Source: an uncultured Gemmatimonadaceae bacterium
GTDB taxonomy: Bacteria; Gemmatimonadota; Gemmatimonadetes; Gemmatimonadales; Gemmatimonadaceae
Assembly: GCA_963790305.1 (NCBI GenBank)
Contig: CAWBOC010000006.1
Location: 96,001 to 160,000, forward strand
Length of the DNA: 64,000 bases
Direction of reading: 5' to 3'
The position numbers and the translations under genes are program-made. This document shows, one piece after another, positions 33,705 to 48,851 of this stretch (its first letter is position 1; the number at the start of each line of letters is the position of its first letter). The notes under the pieces are model-generated. The model worked only from the letters and a program-made list of their open reading frames with translations. It made no database searches and was not told where the DNA came from.

Positions 33705-36513
33705 GGCGCGCGCGTGCATCGCCGCGCTGGTCCTCGCGGCGATCGTGGTGCCCTCAGGTCACGCGCAGGTCAGCGGATTCGGACAAAACAAGATTCAGTA
33801 TCGGCGCTTCGATTGGCACGTGCTCGCCGGGAAGCATGTCGACGTCTTCTTCTATCCCGAAGAAGAGCGCATTGCGCGCGCCGCCCTCGTCTACGCCGAA
33901 CAAAGCTACGATACGCTCGCTCGCCGCTTCGGTCATGAGGTGCGCGAGCGCATTCCGCTCATCGTCTACGCGTCGCACGTCGACTTCGAGCAAACGAACA
34001 TCCTCCCCTTCGTACCGCCCGAGGGCATCCTCGGCGTCACGGAATTCCTCAAGCGACGCGTCGCGCTTCCATTCCGGGGAAGCTACTCGGAGTTTCGTCA
34101 TACCCTGCGCCACGAGCTCGTTCACGTCTTCGAGCTCTCGATTCTGGCGCGCGAGGCGGCACTCCACCCGCGGTCGCGCCCGCCCGCGATTCCGCTCTGG
34201 TGGTCGGAAGGCCTCGCCGAATTCCTCTCGGCTGACCAGGATTCACGCGACGAGATGGTGGTGCACGATCTCGTCCTGGGCGGACGTCTCCCGACGCTCG
34301 CCGAGCTCGGGCCCGTCGTCTCGCCGATCGTGTACGCCATTGGCGGCGATGCCCATCGCTTTCTTGCGTTGCAATTCGGTGCTTGGCGAATAGCACTGGT
34401 GTACGAGGCGCTCTGGAAGGCCTCGTCGTTTGGTGAGGCGCTCGCGCGCGCGTATGGCCGCGATGCAGAGCGCCTGTCCGCGGAGTGGCACCACGATCTT
34501 CGACGTCGACATTTTCCCTCCGTGGGCGATCGGCAGCCCCTCACGCTCGCCGGAACGCGTCTCGCGACGCTCGCCCTCAAGCCCGTCGCCGTCGATGTCG
34601 GGGACTCGAGCCACGTCGCCTACCTTTCACCGCGGTCCGGGTATACGAACATCTATCTCCAGCCGCTCGGCGCCAATGCACGAGCGCGGGTGGTCGTCGA
34701 AGGGGAGCGCTCGCCGGAGTTCGAATCGCTGCACCCCTTCTCGTCGCGCATCGATGTTCGCGACGGCGTGCTTCTCTTCGCCTCACGATTCGGCGAGCGG
34801 GATGCGCTTGTGTTCTGGGACATCGCGCACGGGCGAGTGACCGGTCGATACCAGTTCGATGGTCTCGTCTCGCTCCTGAGCCCGCAGTGGTCGCCGAACG
34901 GGGACCGGATCGCGTTCAGCGCGCTCAGCGACAGCGGCGTCTCCGATCTCTACGTGCTCCAGCTTTCATCGGGCGAGCTCACGCGCATCACCGCCGATGT
35001 GTACGAGGATCTCGACCCCACATGGCTTCCGCATGGGCGCGCGCTCGTGTTTTCGTCGGATCGCGGGCCACACGGTGCCGATGGAGCGCATAACCTCTAT
35101 CGTGCTGAGCTCTCCGGCGACATCACGGCGTTGACGAGCGGGGCATGGTCGGATGAATCGCCGCGCTGGGACCCGCGCGCATCGCGAATTCTTTTCACGA
35201 GCGACCGCGCCGGCGCGTTCGATCTCTACAGCATCGATACGCTTGGAGCTGGCCGCCGCGAGACCAAGCTGACCGGAGGACTCTTCGACCCGGCGCCTGT
35301 ACCGCACGAGGAGCGGGTCCTCGTCAGCGCGTATGCCGACCGCTCGTGGTCACTCTACGCACTGCACAAGGACCCCGAGGACGAATCCTCCTTTACGCTT
35401 TCCAACGGGACGCTGGCGACCTGGCAATGGCGTGAGCTCGATGATACGAGCGCGACACGAGTGGCCTCGCGCCGCTACGAGCGTCGCTATTCCATCGACT
35501 TCGCCGCTGGCGTTGCGGCGACGGCTCCTGGCATCGGCGGCGCGCAGGGTGCGCAGCTCGTGTTCTCGGATCTCCTCGGCGATCACCAGTTCGCGTTCAG
35601 CATCTCCTCCTTTCAGGGAGAAGCGCGAAACGTCCTCGGCAGTCTCAATGGCAACATTTTCTACCTCAATCAGTCACGCCGCGTGAACTGGGGCGTCGGG
35701 ATGTTCCGTGTGTCGGGCACGTTCTCCGAAAGCGATCTGCGCCAGCTCTACGACGAGGAATCCACCGGAGCGTACGCGATCGCGCGATATCCACTGTCGC
35801 GCTTCACGCGCATCGAGGGACAAACCACGCTCGAATACTCGAACCGCGACGATTTCGCGAATGAGCTGGTGCGCGGCACACCGCGTCGTCGCGGCATGCT
35901 GACGGGGAATTATCTCGTGTTCGTGCGCGACAACTCCCTGTGGCTGGAGACCGGACCGATCGACGGAGCGCGCTGGAACCTCACCGGCGGTGTGGTGAGC
36001 GACGTGACGCACGGCGCGTTCGAGAACTGGCTCGGCCAGGTCGACGTACGACGCTACGTCCGCACCTCGCAGCAGGCGGCTGTCGCGCTACGCGGGCTCG
36101 GCTATGTCTCCGAGGGATCCAGACCGCGGGCGATCCAAATGGCTGGATCGTGGATGCTGCGCGGATACCCCAGATACTCGTTGTCGGGAACACACGCGTG
36201 GCTCGCAAACGCCGAGTGGCGTTTCCCGATCGCGAACTTCGTCACGTTCGGCTTCCCCTTCGGAGCCGTCCGTTTTCCACCGGTGCGGGGTGCGCTGTTC
36301 GTCGACGCCGGGCAGGCGTGGAATCGCGGCGAGTACGAGGAGCGCATCCTCGGATCCATGGGAGTGGGCTTCCGCATGAGTCTCGTCCCGGGGTTTGTGT
36401 TGCGCGTCGATGTCGGGCGGAGATACGACCTCGCCGACGGCGATGAGTCCCCGGCCGACCGCGCCTACTACAGGCGAAGGTTCGTTGATCTGTTTTTCGG
36501 GTATGACTACTGA
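33574..36513 (+). CDS. Peptidase MA-like / WD40(PD40) / Omp85 barrel protein (start uncertain)
   Basis: FGQNKIQY, HELVH, WWSEGLAE, PQWSPNG/PTW/PRW repeats, LRGY, NAEWRFP, terminal FFGYDY. Confidence 0.8.
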   Translation: MRIPTIAWLRRAPRSCRSTRVAGWPRFRPSFDPCCAARRASRSRARACIAALVLAAIVVPSGHAQVSGFGQNKIQYRRFDWHVLAGKHVDVFFYPEEERIARAALVYAEQSYDTLARRFGHEVRERIPLIVYASHVDFEQTNILPFVPPEGILGVTEFLKRRVALPFRGSYSEFRHTLRHELVHVFELSILAREAALHPRSRPPAIPLWWSEGLAEFLSADQDSRDEMVVHDLVLGGRLPTLAELGPVVSPIVYAIGGDAHRFLALQFGAWRIALVYEALWKASSFGEALARAYGRDAERLSAEWHHDLRRRHFPSVGDRQPLTLAGTRLATLALKPVAVDVGDSSHVAYLSPRSGYTNIYLQPLGANARARVVVEGERSPEFESLHPFSSRIDVRDGVLLFASRFGERDALVFWDIAHGRVTGRYQFDGLVSLLSPQWSPNGDRIAFSALSDSGVSDLYVLQLSSGELTRITADVYEDLDPTWLPHGRALVFSSDRGPHGADGAHNLYRAELSGDITALTSGAWSDESPRWDPRASRILFTSDRAGAFDLYSIDTLGAGRRETKLTGGLFDPAPVPHEERVLVSAYADRSWSLYALHKDPEDESSFTLSNGTLATWQWRELDDTSATRVASRRYERRYSIDFAAGVAATAPGIGGAQGAQLVFSDLLGDHQFAFSISSFQGEARNVLGSLNGNIFYLNQSRRVNWGVGMFRVSGTFSESDLRQLYDEESTGAYAIARYPLSRFTRIEGQTTLEYSNRDDFANELVRGTPRRRGMLTGNYLVFVRDNSLWLETGPIDGARWNLTGGVVSDVTHGAFENWLGQVDVRRYVRTSQQAAVALRGLGYVSEGSRPRAIQMAGSWMLRGYPRYSLSGTHAWLANAEWRFPIANFVTFGFPFGAVRFPPVRGALFVDAGQAWNRGEYEERILGSMGVGFRMSLVPGFVLRVDVGRRYDLADGDESPADRAYYRRRFVDLFFGYDY

Positions 36514-37145
36514 TGCGACGTATCCTGTTGGGCGCGGCTCTGACGCTCGGGCTCTCCGCCGCTGCGTGCGGCCCCAAGGTCGCGCCGCTCGGCGGCACCG
36601 TGGCGCCCGTGCGCTTGCCACGCACGGAGCTTCCACCGGTGAACCAGCGGATCCGGTTCACGTGGACGTACGAAGACCTCGACCTCCGCGGGCGAGGCGA
36701 CGGCGTTGCGCGCATTGCGCCTCCGGATAGCGTGCGGCTGGACCTGTTTCTCGCCGGGGGCAACGCCGGAGGCCGCGCGGTCTTGATCGACGACGACCTC
36801 CGCGCGCCAGGCGGACCGATGGTGCGGTCGTTCCTTCCGCCGCCGCCCATGCTGTGGGCGGCGCTTGGTCGTCTCCACATTCCCCCCACCCCGGATACGT
36901 CGGTACGCGTTGACGGCGACACCACGCGGGCCGACATTGGACGCGATCCACGCTGGCGGGTGACCTTTGTGCGAGGCGACCTGAGGCGCCTCGAGCTCAT
37001 TCAGGGAGACCGCTTGCAGCAATGGATGGAGCGTACGCCCCAACGTACTGTGACGTATCGCCACCTGCGCGCCAACCGCGCGCTGGACCTGAGCATCGTC
37101 CGTGTTGATACGGTTCCTGGCTTCGATGCCACGATCTGGCGTTAG
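36513..37145 (+). CDS. Hypothetical lipoprotein
   Basis: Lipobox LSAAAC; coupled to the upstream stop (TGATG). Confidence 0.7.
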   Translation: MRRILLGAALTLGLSAAACGPKVAPLGGTVAPVRLPRTELPPVNQRIRFTWTYEDLDLRGRGDGVARIAPPDSVRLDLFLAGGNAGGRAVLIDDDLRAPGGPMVRSFLPPPPMLWAALGRLHIPPTPDTSVRVDGDTTRADIGRDPRWRVTFVRGDLRRLELIQGDRLQQWMERTPQRTVTYRHLRANRALDLSIVRVDTVPGFDATIWR

Positions 37146-37626
37146 GCTGGCGGCGGGCCTGGTCCTGCTCGCGCAGAGCGCGTGTCTCTACAGCTTCGTC
37201 GGCGGAGGCCTTCCCGACCATATCGATACGGTTGCGGTGCTTCCGTTCGACAACGACACGCCGCTGAGCGTGATCCCGCGGGAGCTGCTCGACGCCCTGC
37301 GCCCTGACATCGAGTCACGCCTCGGGCTACGCTCGGTTGCCGAGGCGAGGGCGGACGCCATCGTGCGCGGCCGCATCGTTCGCTACGACCCTGACATTCC
37401 CGTTGCCTACAGCGCGGACCCCAATCAGCAGGTCGCCGCGCGTCGGCGGCTCGAGATAGCGGTCGATGTCGAGATCCTCGACCAAACGACGGGAAAGCCA
37501 CTCTGGAGTCGGCGCGGGCTCGTGGCGCAGGGGGATTACGAAGAGCGACAAGAGGCGGAGGGACGCCGCCTCGCCATCGAGAAGCTCGTGCGAGACATCA
37601 TCGAAGGCGCGCAATCGCAATGGTGA
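37126..37626 (+). CDS. lptE: LPS assembly lipoprotein LptE-like
   Basis: [29 protein letters not shown]. Confidence 0.75.
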   Translation: MPRSGVRLAAGLVLLAQSACLYSFVGGGLPDHIDTVAVLPFDNDTPLSVIPRELLDALRPDIESRLGLRSVAEARADAIVRGRIVRYDPDIPVAYSADPNQQVAARRRLEIAVDVEILDQTTGKPLWSRRGLVAQGDYEERQEAEGRRLAIEKLVRDIIEGAQSQW

Positions 37627-37973
37627 AACACTCCCGCGGCGCATCCACGCTTGGCTGTCTCTTCAGCATGCTGGTCATTGTCGCGGCGATATACTTTGGT
37701 GTGAACGTAGGGGCGCCGTATCTTCGGTACTACCAGTTCCGGGATACCATGGAGCAGGAGGTGCGGTTCGCCGATCGGAAAACCGATTCGGAGATACTCG
37801 CGACGCTCCGCCTCAAGGCAGATTCGCTGGGGTTGCCCGGACCCGCCCGCCGGATCAACGTGCGCCGCAACGCGAATCGCATCGTGATCTGGACCGAATA
37901 CACCGAGACGATCGACTTTCCCTTCGTCACGCGCGACATCACGCTTCGACCCGTCGCCGAGAGATCGTTTTGA
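37620..37973 (+). CDS. DUF4845-like pilin-like membrane protein
   Basis: RGASTLGCL prepilin-like N-terminus, [12 protein letters not shown]. Confidence 0.6.
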   Translation: MVKHSRGASTLGCLFSMLVIVAAIYFGVNVGAPYLRYYQFRDTMEQEVRFADRKTDSEILATLRLKADSLGLPGPARRINVRRNANRIVIWTEYTETIDFPFVTRDITLRPVAERSF

Positions 37974-38454
37974 GCGTCGCGCGGCACCTCGCCAAGGTCA
38001 TGACCTGGAAGGACGCGGCGACATGGCGACAAGGTGTTCGCGGCCGCGTCGTGTTTACCAATGGCGTCTTCGACCTTTTGCACCCCGGACACATCGACGT
38101 ACTCGCCCAGGCACGCGATCAAGGCGATGCGCTCATCGTGGGCCTGAACAGCGATAGCTCGGTTCGACGACTCAAGGGGCCGGAGCGGCCTGTACGCACA
38201 GAAGCGGAGCGTGCATACGTGCTCGCTGCGCTCGGCTGACGTGGACGTGGTCGTCACTTTCGCAGACGACACCCCGCTGGAGCTGATTCGGCATCTCCGG
38301 CCCGACGTGCTGGTAAAGGGTGGGGACTATCGAGCCAGCTACGGTTGTCGGCCGTGACGACGTCGAGTCGTGGGGGGGCCGCGTGATGATCGTTCCCCTC
38401 CGTGCCGGTCAGTCGACGACATCCATCATCGAGAAGCTGCGTGCTCCCCGCTGA
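37970..38454 (+). CDS. rfaE2: Heptose-1-phosphate adenylyltransferase (RfaE domain II; frameshifted)
   Basis: [43 protein letters not shown]. Confidence 0.88.
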
Positions 38455-39174
38455 CCAGACCACGCGAGTTGGCCGTAGCACCAACGTCGATGCGCACCGT
38501 GACCCTCGAGCGCGGCGCCTCGGCCTTCGCGGAAGGGTCCTGCCTCGTCGCGTTCGGCGACACGCGGGTGCTGTTACCGCCTCGGTCGAGGACGGGGTGC
38601 CCGGGATGGCGAAAGGGTTCGGGTCTCGGCTGGATCACGGCGGAGTACGCAATGCTGCCGCGCGCGACCCATACGCGCACGCCCCGCGAACGCGCGCAGC
38701 TCGGGGGGCGCACGCAGGAGATCCAGCGCCTCATCGGCCGGAGCGTTCGCGCGATGCTCGACGACTTCGCGTTCGGCGAGTACACCCTGCGCGTCGATTG
38801 TGATGTCCTTCAAGCGGACGGAGGCACGCGCACCGCTGCGATCACCGGGGCGTGCGTGGCCGTCGTCGACGCGTTCGCGTGGATGGTTCGAACGGGCCGG
38901 ATCGCGGCATCGCCGGTGCAAGCGCCACGTCGCCGCCGTCAGCGTGGGCGTCGTGAATGGCGAGGTTCGTCTGGATCTGGACTACGCCGAGGACGTCGCG
39001 CGCCGAAGTCGACATGAACGTCGTGATGACCAGCGAAGGGCGGTTCGTCGAGGTGCAGGGGACGGGCGAGCACGGCACCTTCGACCGCACGGCGCTCGAT
39101 ACGCTCGTCGAGCTGGCGGCGGGCGGCATCCGCGAGCTTCTGCGAGATCCAGCGCTCGCACGCTCGCGAGGTGA
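38441..39174 (+). CDS. rph: Ribonuclease PH (several frameshifts)
   Basis: [48 protein letters not shown]. Confidence 0.9.
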
Positions 39175-39805
39175 CCGCGGCGCGCGCCCGTACCTGCTCG
39201 CCACGCGAAGCGCAGGCAAGCTGCGCGAGCTCGAGCCGCTGTTCGCTCGCGCCGGGATCGAGGTCGTCGACTCTGGAGAGTGCCGGCATTCGCCGAGTCG
39301 CCTGACGAGTCGGCGATCGAGGCGTTCTCGACGTTCGAGGAGAATGCGCTGGCCAAGGCGCGATACTTTCTCGGCGCTGAGCGGCGCTTCCCACGTTCGC
39401 CGACGACTCGGGCCTCGAGGTGTACGCGCTCGACGGGAAGCCCGGAGTGCGTAGCAAGCGATGGAGCGGTCGCGATGATCTCGACGGGCATCGCGCTCGA
39501 CGAGGCCAACAACGCGGAGCTGCTGCGCGCGCTTCGCGGCGGCGACGAGCCGACGTGCCCGATATGTGTGCGTGGCGGCGCTCTGGCGACGGACTGAGCG
39601 GCGAGCTCGTGCGTCGCGGCGAAGTCGAGGGCGAGATCCTCGAGGAGCCGCGCGGGCGGCGGTGGGTTCGGGTACGATCCGTTATTTCTTCTCGACGGAG
39701 CTGGGCGTGACGTTCGGCGAAGCGTCACTGAGCGGAGAAGGAGCGCGTGAGTCATCGTGGTCGCGCGTTTCGCGCGCTCGCTGGCGCGCGATGCGCGGCG
39801 GTTGA
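39171..39805 (+). CDS. rdgB: Non-canonical purine NTP pyrophosphatase (several frameshifts)
   Basis: [47 protein letters not shown] across frames. Confidence 0.85.
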
Positions 39806-39830
39806 CCGAGGTGTCGGTCACTACTAGATT
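39802..39830 (+). promoter_or_regulatory. sigma70-type promoter of the tRNA cluster
   Basis: TTGACC-17nt-TAGATT, 10 nt before tRNA-Pro. Confidence 0.7.
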
Positions 39831-39840
39831 TGCGGTCTTG

Positions 39841-39914
39841 CGGGGCGTAGCGTAGCCTGGTATCGCGCCTGCTTTGGGAGCAGGAGGTCACCGGTTCAAA
39901 TCCGGTCGCCCCGA
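39841..39914 (+). tRNA. tRNA-Pro (TGG)
   Basis: CGGGGCG acceptor stem, loop TTTGGGA, GGTTCAAATCC. Confidence 0.95.
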
Positions 39915-39958
39915 CCTGGCAGGACGTCCCGACGTTGGGAGGAGAATCGCCGAGCGAA

Positions 39959-40035
39959 GCGCCAGTAGCTCAGGTGGATAGAGCAACAGCCTTCTAAGCT
40001 GTGGGTCGGGGGTTCGAGTCCCTCCTGGCGCGCCA
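39959..40035 (+). tRNA. tRNA-Arg (TCT)
   Basis: GCGCCAG acceptor stem, loop CTTCTAA, encoded CCA. Confidence 0.95.
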
Positions 40036-40048
40036 TCGATGTTGGAAC

Positions 40049-40121
<73 letters not shown>

Positions 40122-40127
40122 TGCGTG

Positions 40128-40163
40128 CCCGCCGGCGCGTCTCCGTCGGCGGGTTTTTCTTTT
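40128..40163 (+). terminator. Intrinsic terminator after the tRNAs
   Basis: CCCGCCGGCG...CGTCGGCGGG followed by TTTTTCTTTT. Confidence 0.8.
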
Positions 40164-40297
40164 GAGACGGGGGTGCGGTCGTCTGTGCCGAGTCTCCTTG
40201 AGATGGCGTCCTGGAGCGAATACATTGCGCACCCCTCCGTTGAGGCGGCCCTGTTGGAGCGGGCGGCCGCATGCTCGGAACGATCGATCGGACGGGG

Positions 40298-40325
40298 TTG
40301 ACAGCGTTGGTTTTCGAGCTAGCTT
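40298..40325 (+). promoter_or_regulatory. rrn promoter
   Basis: TTGACA-16nt-TAGCTT upstream of 16S. Confidence 0.65.
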
Positions 40326-40490
40326 GCAAGGCTGTCGCCGAAATGGCGGCGGATGCGTGTGTCGGGTGCCGCGAGGTCGTTGACTCGTGGCGGGTTCGTG
40401 GGAGGCGGTGGAGCCGTCCTTCACGAGCCATCGAGAGAGTCGACGCACTACATGGTTCGTCGCGAGAGCGACTTCCAGACTTTGCTGGAT

Positions 40491-40503
40491 GCTGTTTGAC
40501 AAC
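40491..40503 (+). promoter_or_regulatory. boxA-like antitermination site (second copy in the ITS at 42331-42343)
   Basis: GCTGTTTGACAAC found before both 16S and 23S. Confidence 0.7.
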
Positions 40504-40665
40504 CGAGTTGAGATCATGGATGTGCGAGGCGGACTCTGTTGATCCTACGCTCTGTTCGGGGCGCCGGGGAGAGTCAACCTGAACATTCATAGTGATTCCG
40601 GACGCGACGTCAGATGGCGACGTCGTGTCTGATGCCGCGTTCGGGAGAGCTAATTGAACTTTCTA

Positions 40666-42205
<1,540 letters not shown>

Positions 42206-42468
42206 CCGGAGCAAGCGAGTAGAGCTAGCCGCGAGCGAACTCGAAAGTTCTCACGGATGTCGCTCGCCTCGCACGCCTCTCGACTCAATCTCAATGTATC
42301 TCATAGCCCGGCGCTTCGTGGCGTTGGCTCGCTGTTTGACAACGGATGGTAGTGTGTAGATCGTTGGGACATGACATGCGAATCCGAATCGAGACAGTGA
42401 GCGATTTCGTATTGAACTCGTTTCACTCGTGAAGATCGCGCGTGCTCTGCTTGGATATCTGAAGAATG

Positions 42469-45484
<3,016 letters not shown>

Positions 45485-45612
45485 CCACCCGCAGGTTCAA
45501 GTGGTTTATCAAGACCTCACCAAGCAGAGCATTACGATTTCAAAAACTCGCACCGCGAGATACACCTACCATTTCCGTTGCCATTCCGCTTCGCAGCACA
45601 CAGCCATGAATC

Positions 45613-45729
45613 GCTGGCGGCTGGAGCGCAGGGGCCACACCCGTTCCCATCCCGAACACGGTCGTTAAGCCCTGCAGCGCCGATGGTACTCCGATCGAGA
45701 GATCGCGGGAGAGTAGGCCGCCGCCGGCA
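45613..45729 (+). rRNA. rrf: 5S rRNA
   Basis: CCCATCCCGAAC, GATGGTACT, GAGAGTAGG. Confidence 0.97.
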
Positions 45730-45734
45730 CCCCC

Positions 45735-45774
45735 AAGAACCCCGAGAGACCTGGTCTCTCGGGGTTCTTTTTTT
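45735..45774 (+). terminator. rrn intrinsic terminator
   Basis: AAGAACCCCGAGAGAC-ctg-GTCTCTCGGGGTTCTT + T-tract. Confidence 0.9.
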
Positions 45775-45888
45775 CTCCTCCCGCAGCGTCAGGAAACCGA
45801 CAGGGGCCGTGGCCCCTGTTTGTAACGCGATGTCTCCTAGAGAGGGTCTCAAAGGAGACACGCGACGACAGGGCGCTAAGTTGTAGCC

Positions 45889-46770
45889 ATGACCCGCGCC
45901 GGAATCGTGACCGTGGTCGGCAAGCCGAACGCCGGCAAATCGACGCTGCTCAACCGCCTCATCGGCGAGAAGCTCAGCATTACGAGCGACAAGCCGCAGT
46001 CCACTCGCGACCGCATCGTTGGGATCCTGACGAAGGACGACGTGCAGATGATCGTTCTCGACACCCCGGGACTGCTCGAGCCGCGCTACGAGTTACAACG
46101 CTCCATGCGCGCCACCTCGCTCAAGGCGCTCGAGGACGCTGACGTGATCGCCTATCTCGCCGACGCGCGCGACGGCCCGCCGCCGCCGCTCCGTGAAGCG
46201 GCCGAGCTGGCTCGCGATCCGCGAGCGCCGATCCTCACCGTGTTGAACAAGATCGACACGGTGAGCTCCCACGCACGTGACGCCCTGCGTCGCGAGCTGC
46301 CGACCGCCATCCAGCTCTCGGCGCTCACCGGCGACGGGGTCGATACGCTCGTGCGCGAGGTTACACCACACCTTCCCGAGAGCCCATTTCTCTACCCGGA
46401 CGACGAGATCGGGACACAATCCGTTCGCTTCTTCGCCAGTGAGCTGGTGCGCGAAACCGCGCTCGAGCAGCTCGAGGACGAAGTGCCCTACAGCGTCGCC
46501 TGCGGGATCGAGGAGTTTCGCGAGGACCGCTCGCCGGTGTACATTCGAGCAGTCATCTACGTCGAGCGGGAGAGCCAGAAGGGCATCCTCGTCGGCCACA
46601 AGGGAGCTCGCATCCGAGAGCTCGGGCGTGCCTCACGCCTCAAGATCGAGCGCCTCGTGGGTCAGCCGGTGTTCCTCGACCTCTGGGTCAAGGTGCTTCC
46701 CAATTGGCGTCGCAACGTCCAGTCTCTGCGCCGCCTCGGCTACGCGCTTCCGCAAGAAGGAGGTCGATGA
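45889..46770 (+). CDS. era: GTPase Era
   Basis: GKPNAGKSTL, KPQSTR, DTPG, NKID, EVPY, KH domain. Confidence 0.96.
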   Translation: MTRAGIVTVVGKPNAGKSTLLNRLIGEKLSITSDKPQSTRDRIVGILTKDDVQMIVLDTPGLLEPRYELQRSMRATSLKALEDADVIAYLADARDGPPPPLREAAELARDPRAPILTVLNKIDTVSSHARDALRRELPTAIQLSALTGDGVDTLVREVTPHLPESPFLYPDDEIGTQSVRFFASELVRETALEQLEDEVPYSVACGIEEFREDRSPVYIRAVIYVERESQKGILVGHKGARIRELGRASRLKIERLVGQPVFLDLWVKVLPNWRRNVQSLRRLGYALPQEGGR

Positions 46771-46934
46771 GCCTGTCCCCGCAAGTACTCCGCATCATCG
46801 TCTGCCCCAAGTGCAAGGGCGAGCTGGAATACCGCGAGGAGGAGCAGAGCCTGCTCTGCCATGCGTGCCGCCTTCGTTATGCGGTCCGCGACGACATCCC
46901 CGTCATGCTCATCGATGAGGCGACGCCGCTGTAG
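46767..46934 (+). CDS. Trm112/YcaR family protein
   Basis: CPKCKGEL..CHAC..Y.VRDDIPVML; AGGAGG RBS. Confidence 0.9.
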   Translation: MSLSPQVLRIIVCPKCKGELEYREEEQSLLCHACRLRYAVRDDIPVMLIDEATPL

Positions 46935-47895
46935 GGCGCGGGCCGCCATTGCGGTGCTGTCTCTCGTGGGAACGACCGCGAGCGCTCAGCCGTCCGGGCT
47001 CACCACGGAGGGCGCGCCGTTCCTGCTCCTGCCGGTCGGAGCACGCGCCGTGGGAATGGGCCAGGCCGTCGTCGCCGACCAGTTCGGCACGGAGGCGCTC
47101 TGGTGGAACCCGGCTGGGGTCGCCCGATCCGAGCGACGCGAGGTCGCCGTCCACCACTACGAAACGATCATTGGGACCGGGGATGTCGTGTCGATTCTGA
47201 TCCCGTCCTCGCTCCTGGGCGTATTCTCCGTGTCCCTGTATGCGCTCGACTATGGGGATTTTCCCGTCACCGATTCCCTGGGGACCGAGATTGGGTCCCT
47301 CCTGACACGCAACGTGGCCTATGCGGCGACGTATGCGACGCCAATCGGCGGCCGGATGAGCGCCGGCATCACGTTCAAGATCGTGCAGTTTCGCCTCGAC
47401 TGCACGACCGGATGCCCGTCGCTTTCCGGAACGACGAGCGCGCTCGATTTCGGCGCGCAATACGATCTTGGCTTTTTTGTGCCGGTGTCGGTGGGCGTCG
47501 CCGTTCGCAATGTCGGCGCGCCGCTGCAGGTGAACGACAGCCCGCAGGCTGATCCGCTGCCCACTCGCATCCAGATCGGAGTCCTCTATCGCGTGCCCGG
47601 GATGGAGCGTTATGCGCGCGAAACGGAGCTGCAGCTCACGGGCGACGTGGTCGACCGGTTGAACATGGAATCGCCGGCACCGCGCGTGGGCGCCGAGCTG
47701 AGCTGGCGACGACGGGCGCACCTGCGTGGTGGCTACGTATTCGAATCCGCTCGCAGCGCCGAGTCGGCCGGGCCGTCGATGGGCCTTGGCCTCGCGACGA
47801 GCAATCTGCGCCTCGACATCGCCACGATTTTCGAGGGATTCTCGACCGATGCCGGGAAGCGGCCCACCTACGTCTCGCTTCGCTACCTGTTCTGA
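46915..47895 (+). CDS. PorV/PorQ-like (FadL-fold) outer-membrane barrel (start uncertain)
   Basis: FLLLPVGARAVGMG, LWWNPAG, terminal SLRYLF. Confidence 0.75.
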   Translation: MRRRRCRARAAIAVLSLVGTTASAQPSGLTTEGAPFLLLPVGARAVGMGQAVVADQFGTEALWWNPAGVARSERREVAVHHYETIIGTGDVVSILIPSSLLGVFSVSLYALDYGDFPVTDSLGTEIGSLLTRNVAYAATYATPIGGRMSAGITFKIVQFRLDCTTGCPSLSGTTSALDFGAQYDLGFFVPVSVGVAVRNVGAPLQVNDSPQADPLPTRIQIGVLYRVPGMERYARETELQLTGDVVDRLNMESPAPRVGAELSWRRRAHLRGGYVFESARSAESAGPSMGLGLATSNLRLDIATIFEGFSTDAGKRPTYVSLRYLF

Positions 47896-47896
47896 G

Positions 47897-48736
47897 ATGC
47901 GCGCCCTCTCGCTGGGCGTGTTCCTGTTGGCGGCGGCACTCCCCGCGTTTGCGCAGGGCGTCGAGAGCGAATTCACCCGCTCGGCCACGCTCGTGATTCC
48001 CCCGGGAGCCGCGCTCGTTGGCGTCGAAGCGAGCCCGCTTCCGCGCGTTCCCCGTCCGAGGTGGTGGGCGCCTCTCGCCTCGGCCGCGGCGCCCGGAAGT
48101 GGCCAGGCAGTGCTCGGCCAGAAGCGATGGCTGCCCTACATCGCCCTCGAGGTGTGGGCGTGGCTGCAGTACATCGACGTCAGACGCGAGGGAGGCCGGC
48201 GGAGGCGAGACTACCAGTCGCTCGCTCGGGACGTCGCGCGGTCTCGCTTCCCCGGCCCCTATCCGGTGGGGGACTTCGAGTACTACGAGCACATGCTCAC
48301 GAATCCCGAGAGCGGTGAGTTCGACGTGCTGCCCGGCGGCGGAATCGATCCGGAAACCGATACGACGACCTACAATGGGCGTCGATGGCTGGACGCGCGA
48401 CGGCTATTCTGGGAGGATCCCGGCAACGCGCCTCCTGTGGGCTCGCCGTCGTACGCGAGCGCTTTGGAGTTCTACGAGATGAACGCGATCCCCACCGCGT
48501 ACCGATGGTCGTGGCGGTTATCGCAGGTCGAGTACGACACGTTTCGACGGACGATAGTGCGCAGCAACGTCGCCTATAAACGTTCGGTTGAATACCTCGG
48601 TGTCATCATCGCGAACCACGCATTGAGCTCCGTCGACGCGTTCGTCACGCTCCGACTTCGCACCCGCGCGGGCATGCCGGGATATCTGGGCCTGGAGGGA
48701 GAGTTGCCCATGGCGTCGATCCTCCCACGCCACTAG
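47897..48736 (+). CDS. Secreted/membrane hypothetical protein
   Basis: Signal peptide, SAAAPGSGQ motif, FEYYE, ANHALSSVDAF. Confidence 0.7.
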   Translation: MRALSLGVFLLAAALPAFAQGVESEFTRSATLVIPPGAALVGVEASPLPRVPRPRWWAPLASAAAPGSGQAVLGQKRWLPYIALEVWAWLQYIDVRREGGRRRRDYQSLARDVARSRFPGPYPVGDFEYYEHMLTNPESGEFDVLPGGGIDPETDTTTYNGRRWLDARRLFWEDPGNAPPVGSPSYASALEFYEMNAIPTAYRWSWRLSQVEYDTFRRTIVRSNVAYKRSVEYLGVIIANHALSSVDAFVTLRLRTRAGMPGYLGLEGELPMASILPRH

Positions 48737-48794
48737 GGGTTACGCGTCACGCGCTTAGGTCGTCTCTCAAAGAATCACGCAGGTGTGTTCGCTT

Positions 48795-48822
48795 TTGACT
48801 TGGTGAGAGCGAGCGGTAGTTT
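48795..48822 (+). promoter_or_regulatory. Putative sigma70-type promoter of the GGDEF operon
   Basis: TTGACT-16nt-TAGTTT. Confidence 0.45.
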
Positions 48823-48851
48823 GGCCCGAGCAGACACGAGGACCACCTAGC

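Noticed and set aside
38237..38239. TGA at a likely Cys position in rfaE2, a possible second selenocysteine
   Set aside because: The downstream protein is in a different frame (GGC TG[A]C GTG GAC), so this is an inserted base in TGC rather than read-through
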